The notes beneath the pieces were generated by a model, which was not told the DNA's origin, searched no databases, and saw only the letters and a list, made by a program, of their open reading frames with translations. A program made the translations under genes and the position numbers. Shown piece after piece: positions 39,355 through 51,028 of a stretch of DNA of 64,000 nucleotides (position 1 is the first letter of the stretch; each line of letters starts with the position of its first letter). Source of the stretch: Octopus bimaculoides (taxonomy: Eukaryota). Location: positions 3,964,713 through 4,028,712 of the forward strand of contig NC_068986.1 of NCBI RefSeq assembly GCF_001194135.2, read 5' to 3'.

Positions 39355-40184
39355 ACATACATATACATATGTGTGTGTGTGTGTGTGTGTGTGTGTATTT
39401 GTATGTATGTATACACAATAGAATTGAACAATGACAATGAGTAACTTACACTGCATTTGGTGGATAAACATTATTTATGTATGGATTAACAAGACAACCA
39501 ATTCTCAAGCACTCCACTTACGAATTGTGGTAATCGTCTCCGGAGATGATTACCAGCATTCTCAAGTAGAGTGCTCAAAGACTGTGGAGATGTTTTTCAC
39601 ATGAAACTACTGGTTGCCTTCTTAATCCGTAAATAAAGTGTGTATGTCTGTGCGTATTATAACATCATAAGAATTTATAAACTTTCAAGAGAACGTGGAA
39701 TAGTTTTCGTTTGAAACAGTGGATATCGAGGCACATAAAGCTATAAGTAATATCGTGTAAATATTGGGTTAAAAAACACTTTTGAATAGTAAAAGTCAAA
39801 GGCTACCTGTTGAACTCGAACCCTCATATGTAGACATCATAGGTATTCTATTAATGGACTAAAGCTATCTTTCGAATTTATCTTTCCGTTGTTTCACAGA
39901 AAGATTTAGTCCATGTTTTTTCGAAAGCTTATTAATTCTTATGATGTCAATACATGAAGTTCTCGCAGGCGGCTTCTAAAATGAACAAGGAAGGATTTGA
40001 AGGATTGTTTTAGATCAACGGTAGAACGCTTGTCATGCCATGGGTATCCTTCGGCTTTTTCTATCCGAAAGAGGTCTTCAATTCAGTAATTACAAGGAGA
40101 AGAGGAAGAAGAAGGAGAATAAAAAAGAAGGAAAGGAAGAAGAGAAAGAAGAGGAGAGGTTAGCCCCTTCTTCTTCCTCTTCCT

Positions 40185-40247
40185 TTTCTTCTTCTTCTTC
40201 TTCTTCTTCTTCTTCTTCTTCTTCTTCTTCTTCTTCTTCTTCTTCTT
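40185..40247. repeat. (TTC)n microsatellite inside a purine/pyrimidine tract
   Basis: Directly visible; explains the poly-S and poly-E ORFs. Confidence 0.95.
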
Positions 40248-41274
40248 CTCCTCCCTCCCCCTCCTTCCTATTCTTATACGTATCGATCCTTTTGATTTCC
40301 TCTCCCCACATAATATCTAGCCCACTTACTCATCCCGCATCCACACTTTAATTTTTTTTCTTTTTTATTTCCTCTTGATAAAGTGCCAATGTATAATTTT
40401 GATCAGAAGCCTTATAAACATTCCTGCTATTACTTATCCAGTCAAGTTTCATTGACGGAAACATCCTCCTCAAGAAATCTTTGCATAAAATAATTGTATG
40501 ATGTGTGGCCAGATATCAACCTGAAACAAAGTAAAATTTGATTCCAGTATACTATTAACGTCTGACCATGGTTCCTTGTATCAACAAATATCTAACAAAT
40601 CTACAAATTTGATATTCAATGTCTGTGGAAGGAAAACTTATTTCAGTTAGAAGATTTCTTTCTTTCTAGTAATCCCTCCAGACACTCGAAATTTTCTTTC
40701 ACCTGTAGTACACGTATGTTATTAGATTTATTACGTATTTAAAGGGATTTTCTGCAAGATAGAATTCTGATGAAAGGCGGCTTCGTTTGAGAAGTTCTAT
40801 TTCTTCCAGACAATTAGCTTTACCAATACGTAGATCTAATCTGGATCAATTGTAGGCCTGAGTGCCACTATATGTCCTATGATATTCATTGTATTAGATT
40901 AACACTGACTGTTAGCTGTAATGAGAGGTAGTGAGTGTTATGTGGTGAAATATCTATCGAAGTTACTTTGGATGTGGAGACTAATGAATTATTTAGCCAC
41001 TTCCATATGATTATCCAGTCACGTACAAATTGCAAATGGTTTAGGATATTTCGGAAATGAATTTTATAGAGATGTTGCTGTACATCTCTGGTAATTTAAG
41101 ACCAGTGTTATAAACAGCAACATATATCTAAAATACAGTAAGAATCTGCATGTTCGACCAATCAACCTTCTTGTCAGATCGAAACATTTTATCAGTAACA
41201 ATTATATAATGTTCTTATTGGATAGGATTATCGAAAGAAGAAAATAAGGATCGAAAAAACAATGTTGTCTTTTA

Positions 41275-41640
41275 TTGGCTTCAGAGCATTGGACAAAATA
41301 TCTTGAAGTATTTGCTCCATTTCTTTATGTTCTGAATTTAGATCTGGCCGAGGTCAAATTGGTCTTTCAACCTTGTGATCGAAAAATACAGTAAAAGTCT
41401 AATCGGCTTCTTCCCGACATTTAAAATATTATGACTCTATGCTAATATAAGTCTGGGGGTTAGTAGAATCTTTACGTCGGTCAAAATCTTGCAGTATTTA
41501 TTCCAGTCCTTTAGGTACTCAGTATAAATCCAGGCGCCGCAAACTTTGCTTTTCATTCCTCCCCATCCTCGTTAAAATAAAGGACGTCTGAAGTATTTGG
41601 TCGATTTAACCGTCTAACTTCCTCGCCCCCAAAACTGAGG
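41275..41640 (+). mobile_element. Two degraded family-A SINEs in tandem
   Basis: gttctgaatttagatctggccgaggtcaaatt and gtataaatccaggcgccgcaaactttgctttcat cores. Confidence 0.65.
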
Positions 41641-42494
41641 TTTTGTGCTTATGCTAAAAATAATTCTATTTTTAACAGATTTATGTAAGTTTCGTCTGTA
41701 CTGCCCAGTGTACCTCTGCTTGGGAGGTACGTACAACATTATTGCTTGGGGGTTTACAATTATTTGCACGCTGCATATGCAGTGCTTTGTTGTGAAATTT
41801 GTGTTTTTTAACTCTTCGTCCATTTGTTGCATACAATGCATGCAATGTAAATGAGTTCTTTTGTAAATTCTGTAGACTATGTTATTGTGTAAGTTGTGTT
41901 ATGTGTTGCGGTGTCAGTTGTGATTTTATAGACTGTTGCACTATTTTGTTAGGTAGTGATAGCCTAAAATATTTATAGAGAGATGTTAGCGTAGATGGTG
42001 TGTAAGGTGGTGAGAGTGTAGGGTATGCGTTGTGTTAGTTTTGATTGTGTAGAGCAAGTGTAGTGTGGGTTGTAGAGAATATGCATTGTATGGGCTGTGA
42101 CTGTGTAACGTCATGTGGGTTGCGACTGTGTTGAGCAGTAGTTCCCAAAGTGGGCTGTACCAATCATCTGGGAGCGGTGGAATGATCTAGTGGGGCGATG
42201 AAAAGAAATAGGGCCATGATGGGGGTAGCGAAAAGGGGACGCTGGTTGGCCATGCCCACCTATTTACTTTTTTTCAAGTTTAGAAAATAATAATGCTAAA
42301 CTGATCTGTGAAAAGTTGCTTGAAGTTTGTTTTCTTCTCAAAACAAGAACAACGAACAAAAAATAAATAAAAGATCTAAAACTTTTACTGAAGAAAGTGG
42401 AAATAAAATTCCTAGGGGAATTCTCTACAAAGATACATTACTGAACAAAAGCAGCATCAGTAACAATAATAAAAGTAACACCCAACAACAGCAA

Positions 42495-42650
42495 CATTTT
42501 GTGTCACGCTGAATCTGCCTGACAACTGCATTAAGGGTATGCGTGTCTGTGGAGTGCTCAGTGCTCAGTCGTTTGCACGTTAATTTCACGAGTAGGCTGT
42601 TCCGTAGATCGGATCAACTAGAATTCTCATCGTCGTAACCGACGGGGTGT
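42495..42650 (+). mobile_element. Family-C SINE, 3' fragment
   Basis: gtgtcacgctgaatc...ttaatttcacgag.aggctgttccgt.gatcggatcaact matches 53900-54053. Confidence 0.85.
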
Positions 42651-42749
<99 letters not shown>

Positions 42750-43813
42750 NNNNNNNNNNNNNNNNNNNNNNNNNNNNNNNNNNNNNNNNNNNNNNNNNNN
42801 NNNNNNNNNNNNNNNNNNNNNNNNNNNNNNNNNNNNNNNNNNNNNNNNNNNNNNNNNNNNNNNNNNNNNNNNNNNNNNNNNNNNNNNNNNNNNNNNNNNN
42901 NNNNNNNNNNNNNNNNNNNNNNNNNNNNNNNNNNNNNNNNNNNNNNNNNNNNNNNNNNNNNNNNNNNNNNNNNNNNNNNNNNNNNNNNNNNNNNNNNNNN
43001 NNNNNNNNNNNNNNNNNNNNNNNNNNNNNNNNNNNNNNNNNNNNNNNNNNNNNNNNNNNNNNNNNNNNNNNNNNNNNNNNNNNNNNNNNNNNNNNNNNNN
43101 NNNNNNNNNNNNNNNNNNNNNNNNNNNNNNNNNNNNNNNNNNNNNNNNNNNNNNNNNNNNNNNNNNNNNNNNNNNNNNNNNNNNNNNNNNNNNNNNNNNN
43201 NNNNNNNNNNNNNNNNNNNNNNNNNNNNNNNNNNNNNNNNNNNNNNNNNNNNNNNNNNNNNNNNNNNNNNNNNNNNNNNNNNNNNNNNNNNNNNNNNNNN
43301 NNNNNNNNNNNNNNNNNNNNNNNNNNNNNNNNNNNNNNNNNNNNNNNNNNNNNNNNNNNNNNNNNNNNNNNNNNNNNNNNNNNNNNNNNNNNNNNNNNNN
43401 NNNNNNNNNNNNNNNNNNNNNNNNNNNNNNNNNNNNNNNNNNNNNNNNNNNNNNNNNNNNNNNNNNNNNNNNNNNNNNNNNNNNNNNNNNNNNNNNNNNN
43501 NNNNNNNNNNNNNNNNNNNNNNNNNNNNNNNNNNNNNNNNNNNNNNNNNNNNNNNNNNNNNNNNNNNNNNNNNNNNNNNNNNNNNNNNNNNNNNNNNNNN
43601 NNNNNNNNNNNNNNNNNNNNNNNNNNNNNNNNNNNNNNNNNNNNNNNNNNNNNNNNNNNNNNNNNNNNNNNNNNNNNNNNNNNNNNNNNNNNNNNNNNNN
43701 NNNNNNNTATATATATATATATATGGGAGAATTCACGAAAAAACAACAGACGAAGACAGGTGGTATAAACAATAAATGGATGTATTGGTATAACGCTCGG
43801 GAATAGAGAAAGT

Positions 43814-43849
43814 CTTTAACGTTTCGAGCCTACGCTCATCAACAGCAAG
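43814..43849 (-). ncRNA. Minimal hammerhead-like motif (HHR4) with non-canonical core, in a pLTR-like module at about 43725-43910
   Basis: Minus strand: CTTG-CTGTTGA-T-GAGC gtag GCTC-GAAA-CGT-T^-AAAG; ACGT palindrome. Confidence 0.6.
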
Positions 43850-44389
43850 GAACGCAGAAAGAAATAAGGAGAGAAAAAAATATATGTGTAGTGGTCAGCG
43901 ATCTATCATGGCGAATGCCGGACAGAAGGATCACACAGGAGAGTTAAGAAGAAGGGGAGATAACAAGGAAGTAGTGATTCCAAAACGAAGGTGCATGTGT
44001 GTAAGAGAATGCTGGTGATCTTAACGTATGCATGTGTGTATGTAGGTGTGAAGGTGTAAAAATGTTGGGATTGGAATTGGTCAGTGCTTGTGTGTGCGTG
44101 GTGGTGTGTTGTGAAGTGATGTGTCTTGTGATATGGTGTAGTGTGGTGTGATGTGAGGGTGTTGGGAGGTGGGGGAGGCGAGAGTGGGGAACATGTGTGT
44201 GTGTTTATGTAATATACATAAAGGCACATATATGTATTCATATACATATACATATGATTACATATATGTATTCACATGTATATAATATGTATGTATAGTC
44301 ATATATCTGTAAGCAAACATATACATAGTTACATATGTATACATCTGTTTATCCAGCTATCTACCTATATAGATAGCTGGATTTTTTTT

Positions 44390-44612
44390 CTACCCACAAG
44401 GGGCTACACACAGAGGGGACAAACAAGGACAGACAAAGGGATTAAGTCGATTATACCGACCCCAGTGCGTAACTGGTACTTATTTAATCGACCCCGAAAG
44501 GATGAAAGGCAAAGTCGACCTCGGCGGAATTTGAACTCAGAACGTAGCGGCAGATGAAATACCGCTAAGCATTTCGCCCGGCGTGCTAACGTTTCTGCCA
44601 GCTCGCCGCCTT
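44390..44612 (-). mobile_element. Family-A SINE, near-intact reference copy
   Basis: GGCGGCGAGCTGGCAGAAACGTTAGCACGCCGGGCGAAATGCTTAGCGGTATTTC...GAGTTCAAATTCCGCCGAGGTCGACTTTGCC... Confidence 0.92.
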
Positions 44613-45769
44613 ATATAGATATGTGTGTGTATCTAAGTATCTACGTATGTTGTATACACACACATACACACACGTGTGTGTGTATTGACATACATTTGTG
44701 TGCTCGCATGTATATATGTATATATATATATATGTATATAAAGAGAAAGTGTGTGTGTGAGAGAGAGAGAGAGAGAAAGAGCGATTGCTTCCACTAAACA
44801 AATCATTTACAATTCTAACTTCAATTTAGTACAACTGTTGTCTGGAGTTTGTATTTTGAAAGTAATGGTAAAAGATTCTTCATAAATTCCATAATTGGTA
44901 TTTTGACTTTTGTTCTAAGTAAACAGTGGTTTACAAAGATTTTGTAAATTTTGTAAATTTTCAGTATCAGACAAACTTCAGAAATTGTCTTCGTGTATTT
45001 GCTTTAAATATAGGTCTAGCCCAATAGACTCATTTATTGATTTTAATAATAGTTATTATAAATATAAATTAGTATAATTTTTTTTTTTTAGAATTAGTGG
45101 AGTATCGAAGGAAGTACATAACGTTACTGCAGTGAAGTTCCAATTGAAGCTCATCATTATGCCAGCCCGATTTTTCTGATTTTCGCTGTTTTCCACATTT
45201 TTTTCTAATTCATATTTTAGAAACTCTATCATTACGATTTATTATTTTTTTTTAAAGGCATTTAATTATATATTTATTGGACTTTCAGAATAATTGTACG
45301 TGAATTGAAATTTCTCGGATTTTTTCGGCATTTTTCCACATTTTAAAATACTCACGAGCGGGCTTTCTTAATAATAAAACTTTATAATCCACATTTTTCA
45401 AACATTCACCCATCCCTTCATTGTACCTTCGGAACACAAACCACTATAATTTTTCTTTCCTCTTTTGCTTTTTTTTTTTTTTTACTTTTCGTCATTAATG
45501 TATTTCACATTTTGAAATACTTTTATAATTTGTACTTTTATAGAAAAAATTGGAAAATCTATCATGCATAAATCGGAATTACTCCGTGTTTTTTTTTTTT
45601 TAACCTTGAATGAAGAGGTGAAAATCACAAATTTTTTTCTGTAAAAATGCGTATTCTTGTATTTGTCTTTCAAAATGTGAAATGATATAACATTTAGGAC
45701 ATATTGTGAAACATGCTTAACAACCAAATTTAGCTCACAGTTAAATTAATCCCCTTTACCAAGCAATGC

Positions 45770-46839
45770 ATGTTTGTTTCTTGCACCTGTTTGCTTCGTC
45801 AATGATTAATGTTTGGTTCAAAAGCTTATTATTTGTAAGACAACTAGAAACAGTCTCAAAAATGTAGTTAGTATTTCGCTTTAGAGCTTTAGAGAGAAGA
45901 CCATCGTGGTAGGTTGTCATCGCTGCTTCAGTTTATTGAAAAGGCTATACCTAGCGTGTTTGCACACGTTGCAAATAACCTAAGGGGTAGACTTAGCAAA
46001 TAGATGAGCACTGTAATCGCAGCAATAAATAAAATCAAGGCACATACCCTGTTTCTCACTGTTTCAACAGCTCTGCATTGATAATGATAAAGATTTTGAA
46101 CTATTGTTGCTGCATACAGAAGTTCGATGGACCGTAATGGGAAACTGCCTGAATGGTTCTATTTCCCTTTTTAAAAAGTTGTTGAATTCTTGCAAGAGTC
46201 TAGTACTTTTCTTTGTGATGAAGTCAGAAACATCAAGCAGGACTCATAAAACTCAATGAAATTAATTTGAAATCGCAAAGAAATGAAGTTAAACCTTATC
46301 AAGGTAAAATCAGCCCTCTCCACATTTCTCTCCAAGTTAAAGTGATTCAAATGTAATTGGAGAAGGAAAAGTGTATACCAGAAGATGACATTCAAATGTA
46401 TTACTCACACCTGGAAGAGCTGTCCAGAGACGTGTCTGATAGACTTTAGGATGTTTATCTGTGTTTAAAATACCAGTCTGGGTAATTCCTAGATATCAGT
46501 AATGAGAAAATAAAAATAGTGGAGGAAGAACTGGTTCCACTTTAAAATGATATTGGGCTGAGGCCAAAGTTGAAAAAGTCATATCAGAAATTTTGATTGC
46601 AAAAGGACATTTCTGACTGCTAACATTGCTCTATAGAACAAAGTCAAGATATACTTTATTGCCTTCCCAACGTCATATTCAGTAGAGCAGAGCTTCAGTA
46701 CAGCTCTCAACTTCTATTCAAGTCAAGTAAAACAAGACTGAAAATTATTGAACGCGGGGATCAAAGGCTTCTACTTAGTGTCTTTCAGCTTGATGTTGGG
46801 AAGTTGATATCTCTGCACAAAGTACATCCATCGCGGTAA
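45770..46839 (+). pseudogene. hAT/Buster transposase pseudogene (C-terminal half)
   Basis: LFVRQLET, VIAAINKIK, FQQLCIDNDKDFELLLLHTEVRW, FIAFPTSYSVEQSFS, ERGDQRLLL, KLISLHKVHPSR*. Confidence 0.88.
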
Positions 46840-47254
46840 AAATATAAAAACAATGTAGTTACAGGTAAGATGTAAATTTGCTCTTTCATATTGTGAAAAC
46901 AATGGGTTGACTAGGTTAATTTTTATTTGTGAAATACATTTGTTTTGAATTTTGCTGCAGAAAGAGATCTATGTTTATGATGATGTATGGTTGGGGCGCT
47001 AGTAGTATGGCCTGGGAGCCAAGGGGCGGTAGTTCGAAAAAGTTTGGGAACCACTGGTGTAAAGTATATGCTATATACGTAACGATTCTGTAGACTCTGT
47101 GTAATGTGGGCTTGAATGTGTAGAATGTGTTCTGTATGGCTGTGATTATGTAGGGCATATGTTGTGCCGGAAGAGGTCGCGTAGAGCATTACTGTGTGCA
47201 TTGTGATTCAATAGGGTTTATTTATTGTGAGTTGTGATTGCATAGAGTACGATC

Positions 47255-47375
47255 GAACAAGATGAAAGGCAAAGTTGACCTCACTGGTGCGATTTGATCT
47301 AGTGTAAAGAGCTGGAAGAAATGTCACAAAGTAATTTTTTCCAACGCTCTAACAATTCTGCCAGTTAACCGATAG
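47255..47375 (-). mobile_element. Family-A SINE fragment
   Basis: gatgaaaggcaaagttgacct...ctaacaattctgccag. Confidence 0.65.
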
Positions 47376-47991
47376 TTTCGAGGGGAGATACTTAGTCGAT
47401 GATATCATTTGATAGATCTTACAGCAGATGTCTTACTTTGATGCAAGCAGACATAAGACTAATACAAATAAAAGATGTGTAGATAACATTTATGATTTAG
47501 GGATTTGGGGGGTAACTAAAGTATAACTGATCAAAGAAAAAAAGGTTGGAGTGGTCTAAGGAATTAATTGTACAATAAAGACGAATAAAAGTGTTTTAAT
47601 AACATACAACATAAATACTTGATATATCGAAATTGGTTTTGGTTCGAGAGACAATAAACAAACACCTGATGGGAATTGCGATTGATCCTGAAAAATACTA
47701 CACATATTTATATGCGTGCGAGTCTATACATATATGCTTGCATACATAATACATACATACATATACATATGTACGTATGTATGTATGCATGTATGTATGT
47801 ATGTATGCATGTATGTATGTATGCATGCATGTATGTATGTTTGTTTGTATGTATGTATGTGCGTATGTATGCTTGTATGTATATATGTATATATAAATAT
47901 ATTCTATACTCATGTATATATGTATACTGATACATATTCATACATTAAATCGTAATACATGTATAAGTATGTGTATCTGTATATTCATACA

Positions 47992-48023
<32 letters not shown>

Positions 48024-49480
48024 NNNNNNNNNNNNNNNNNNNNNNNNNNNNNNNNNNNNNNNNNNNNNNNNNNNNNNNNNNNNNNNNNNNNNNNNNNNNN
48101 NNNNNNNNNNNNNNNNNNNNNNNNNNNNNNNNNNNNNNNNNNNNNNNNNNNNNNNNNNNNNNNNNNNNNNNNNNNNNNNNNNNNNNNNNNNNNNNNNNNN
48201 NNNNNNNNNNNNNNNNNNNNNNNNNNNNNNNNNNNNNNNNNNNNNNNNNNNNNNNNNNNNNNNNNNNNNNNNNNNNNNNNNNNNNNNNNNNNNNNNNNNN
48301 NNNNNNNNNNNNNNNNNNNNNNNNNNNNNNNNNNNNNNNNNNNNNNNNNNNNNNNNNNNNNNNNNNNNNNNNNNNNNNNNNNNNNNNNNNNNNNNNNNNN
48401 NNNNNNNNNNNNNNNNNNNNNNNNNNNNNNNNNNNNNNNNNNNNNNNNNNNNNNNNNNNNNNNNNNNNNNNNNNNNNNNNNNNNNNNNNNNNNNNNNNNN
48501 NNNNNNNNNNNNNNNNNNNNNNTATATATATATATATATATATATTATGGCTGAAAACTCATGTTCGTGTATTGCCATCGTCTAATCAAAAGTCCCACAA
48601 ATGCAAAGTCTACGACCAGACAATTTGCGAAAGGTCTTACTTCTTTTTCAAGCGATACCTGTGCATGATGATTTTTTTATAGTGGGGAAAGGATTTGCAC
48701 AAATCCAATCCCACTGTCTGAACATGGCCAACATAATCTCAAAAAGAAGTGCTAGTCTACATCACCGAATATATTGTTAGTGCCGCAGGCTTTCTCTCAG
48801 AGCGTCCCTCTCCTAGAGAGATGTTGTGACAACAACTGAGAGCCTCTCACTGCCAGTGAGCCAACAGATATATATATGCATTTATATACATACATACATA
48901 CAAACGTACAAATATACGTGTGTGTGTGTATGTGTGTGTGAATGTATGTATTCCTATATATTTCCTATATATTTCTTACATTGCTATATTTTATATAATG
49001 TCATAAGCGCATAAATCAATACTGTGTATGCAGAAATCTATAGTTTGTATCCTTATATCAGTATACGCGTAATAATATACGCATAAAAGTGCACTATATA
49101 TTTGATAAAGATCATTGTGCATGTTTGACACAAGTGCATACGTATTTATATGCGAATGTAAGTATGTCAATATTTATGTGTACGTGTGTATATGCACGTG
49201 TCTGTAAGTATATAAAGCCTATTTAAAATATTAAATATTCTCCTGCTTTTAAATGCCTGAAATTATTTGCAAAATGTAACATTATCTAACAAAAAAGAAA
49301 CCTGTTCTGAAGAAGAGCTTCAATTATTACATTGAAAAATGTTGGTCTAAATATAGAAAACACACATAAAGCAGCTGTGACAAAATTGTTTTATAAAATT
49401 CATTAAAAGTTGTTTAACTGTGTTCCTTCTATTCTTCGTTATATAAGTGCGTTTCTGCAATTCTTGCTTATTTTAGTGAA

Positions 49481-49700
49481 TTTCTACCATTCTTGTTTAG
49501 CTGTGTTTTCTACCAGTCTTCTTTATACGTATTCTTATAATATTTGCTTATGTGTGTTTCTACCATTCTTGTTTTTGTAAGTGTATTTCTACCGTTCTTC
49601 TTTACGAAAGTGTATTTCTACCATTCTTGTTTATGTAAGTATTTCTACCATTCGTGTTTATGTGTTTCTACCATTCATGTTTACCCGTGTTTCTACCATT
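49481..49700. repeat. Degenerate minisatellite, about 22-29 bp unit with core TTTCTACCATTC, 8 cores
   Basis: ttctacc recurs 8 times with similar flanks. Confidence 0.85.
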
Positions 49701-50109
49701 CTAGGAATTATTATCGTCTTTTCAACGGCTTCAGGAGAGTTTCTACAACATCACCAAGTCCTCCAAGTCCTCTGTGTCCTCCATGGGCGTGTGCAGCATT
49801 AACATTTGCGTGAGTGTAAACTACATTAGTTTTACATGGTTGCTAGATTTGTATTGCTTCCAGTGTTTTTTTTTTCCGATTCATAAATTTGCTGTATCGA
49901 ATATTTGCAATGTCAGCTGTGTTACATCGTAGGACGGTAACTATGTTTCATGCGTGATGCGTGATTGATGCGAAGTGTTTTAACGTATGATGGTGGTTAT
50001 GTAGAGTATGTGGTGTGCTGGTTGTTTTATGTTTCCAAGTGATGTGTTGTGAATGCGTAGAGCATGTGCAGTGTAAATTGTATTTAAGTGCTGTATAGTG
50101 ACTATGTTG

Positions 50110-50176
50110 GGAGGCGCAATGGCCCAGTGGTTAGGGCAGCGGACTCGCGGTCATAGGATCGCGGTTTCGATTCCCA
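50110..50176 (+). mobile_element. Family-C SINE, tRNA-like head only
   Basis: GGAGGCGCAATGGCCCAGTGGTTAGGGCAGCGGACTCGCGG...GGTTTCGATTCCCA, then an abrupt end. Confidence 0.9.
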
Positions 50177-50744
50177 AATTTGTTTTATGAGATAAATAAG
50201 TAGTCTTTTTATTTAATTTCTTTGATTATTAGTTTATTTTCTATCTTTATTAATTTACTTCTATCTTTATTAATTTAACCTAAAACTTCGTTTAAATTGT
50301 ATTTTAAACGAAAGATTTGTTAAAATTAGTTTTTGCATATAATATTTCTGTTAGTTTATATTATAATAAGCGTAAAGTTAATTATGGAACGTTTATAATT
50401 TTGATATTTTTAATAATATTTTTCTATCTTAATATAATAAGTATTTTATATACATTCATCTGTTATTNNNNNNNNNNNNNNNNNNNNNNNNNNNNNNNNN
50501 NNNNNNNNNNNNNNNNNNNNNNNNNNNNNNNNNNNNNNNNNNNNNNNNNNNNNNNNNNNNNNNNNNNNNNNNNNNNNNNNNNNNNNNNNNNNNNNNNNNN
50601 NNNNNNNNNNNNNNNNNNNNNNNNNNNNNNNNNNNNNNNNNNNNNNNNNNNNNNNNNNNNNNNNNNNNNNNNNNNNNNNNNNNNNNNNNNNNNNNNNNNN
50701 NNNNNNNNNNNNNNNNNNNNNNNNNNNNNNNNNNNNNNNNNNNN

Positions 50745-50789
<45 letters not shown>

Positions 50790-51028
50790 TGTGAGTTTAT
50801 GTATATATGCATGTATGTACGTATGTATGTACTCGTACACATCCATATGTGTATGTGTGCGTACTTATAAGAATTCTAAAAACATCGGATAGTATACAGT
50901 GGCAGCGTTTCAGGCAGGAAAAGCCTACAATGATTGTTTTAGAGAGCTATTAAGTGGGATTTATGAGGACCAAATATCATAACCAAATAATAAAAATTAG
51001 AATTAAATTGTTTAGTTTTAATAAATAA

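Larger units (their letters stand above)
42136..47056 (+). mobile_element. hAT (Buster/Charlie-type) transposon with nested insertions
   Basis: TIRs CAGT(A/G)GTTCCCAAA (13/14); 8-bp flanks gtgttgag / gtgtaaag (6/8); transposase remnant near the right end. Confidence 0.75.

Noticed and set aside
40767-40773. CTGATGA word; also CTGAAGA at 49307 and CTGATGA at 60808
   Set aside because: No compatible stem II, GAAA, stem III and NUH arrangement.
48547-48720. KSHKCKVYDQTICERSY...SGERIC resembling a decayed C2H2 zinc finger
   Set aside because: The ligand pattern is incomplete; too weak to call.
49481-49700. Repeat/spacer-like periodicity
   Set aside because: Eukaryotic DNA; the spacers resemble each other and there are no cas genes. 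It is a minisatellite, not CRISPR.
50287-50312. Perfect 10-bp hairpin ending in CGAAA
   Set aside because: No CUGANGA core upstream and no stem III/NUH; not a hammerhead.
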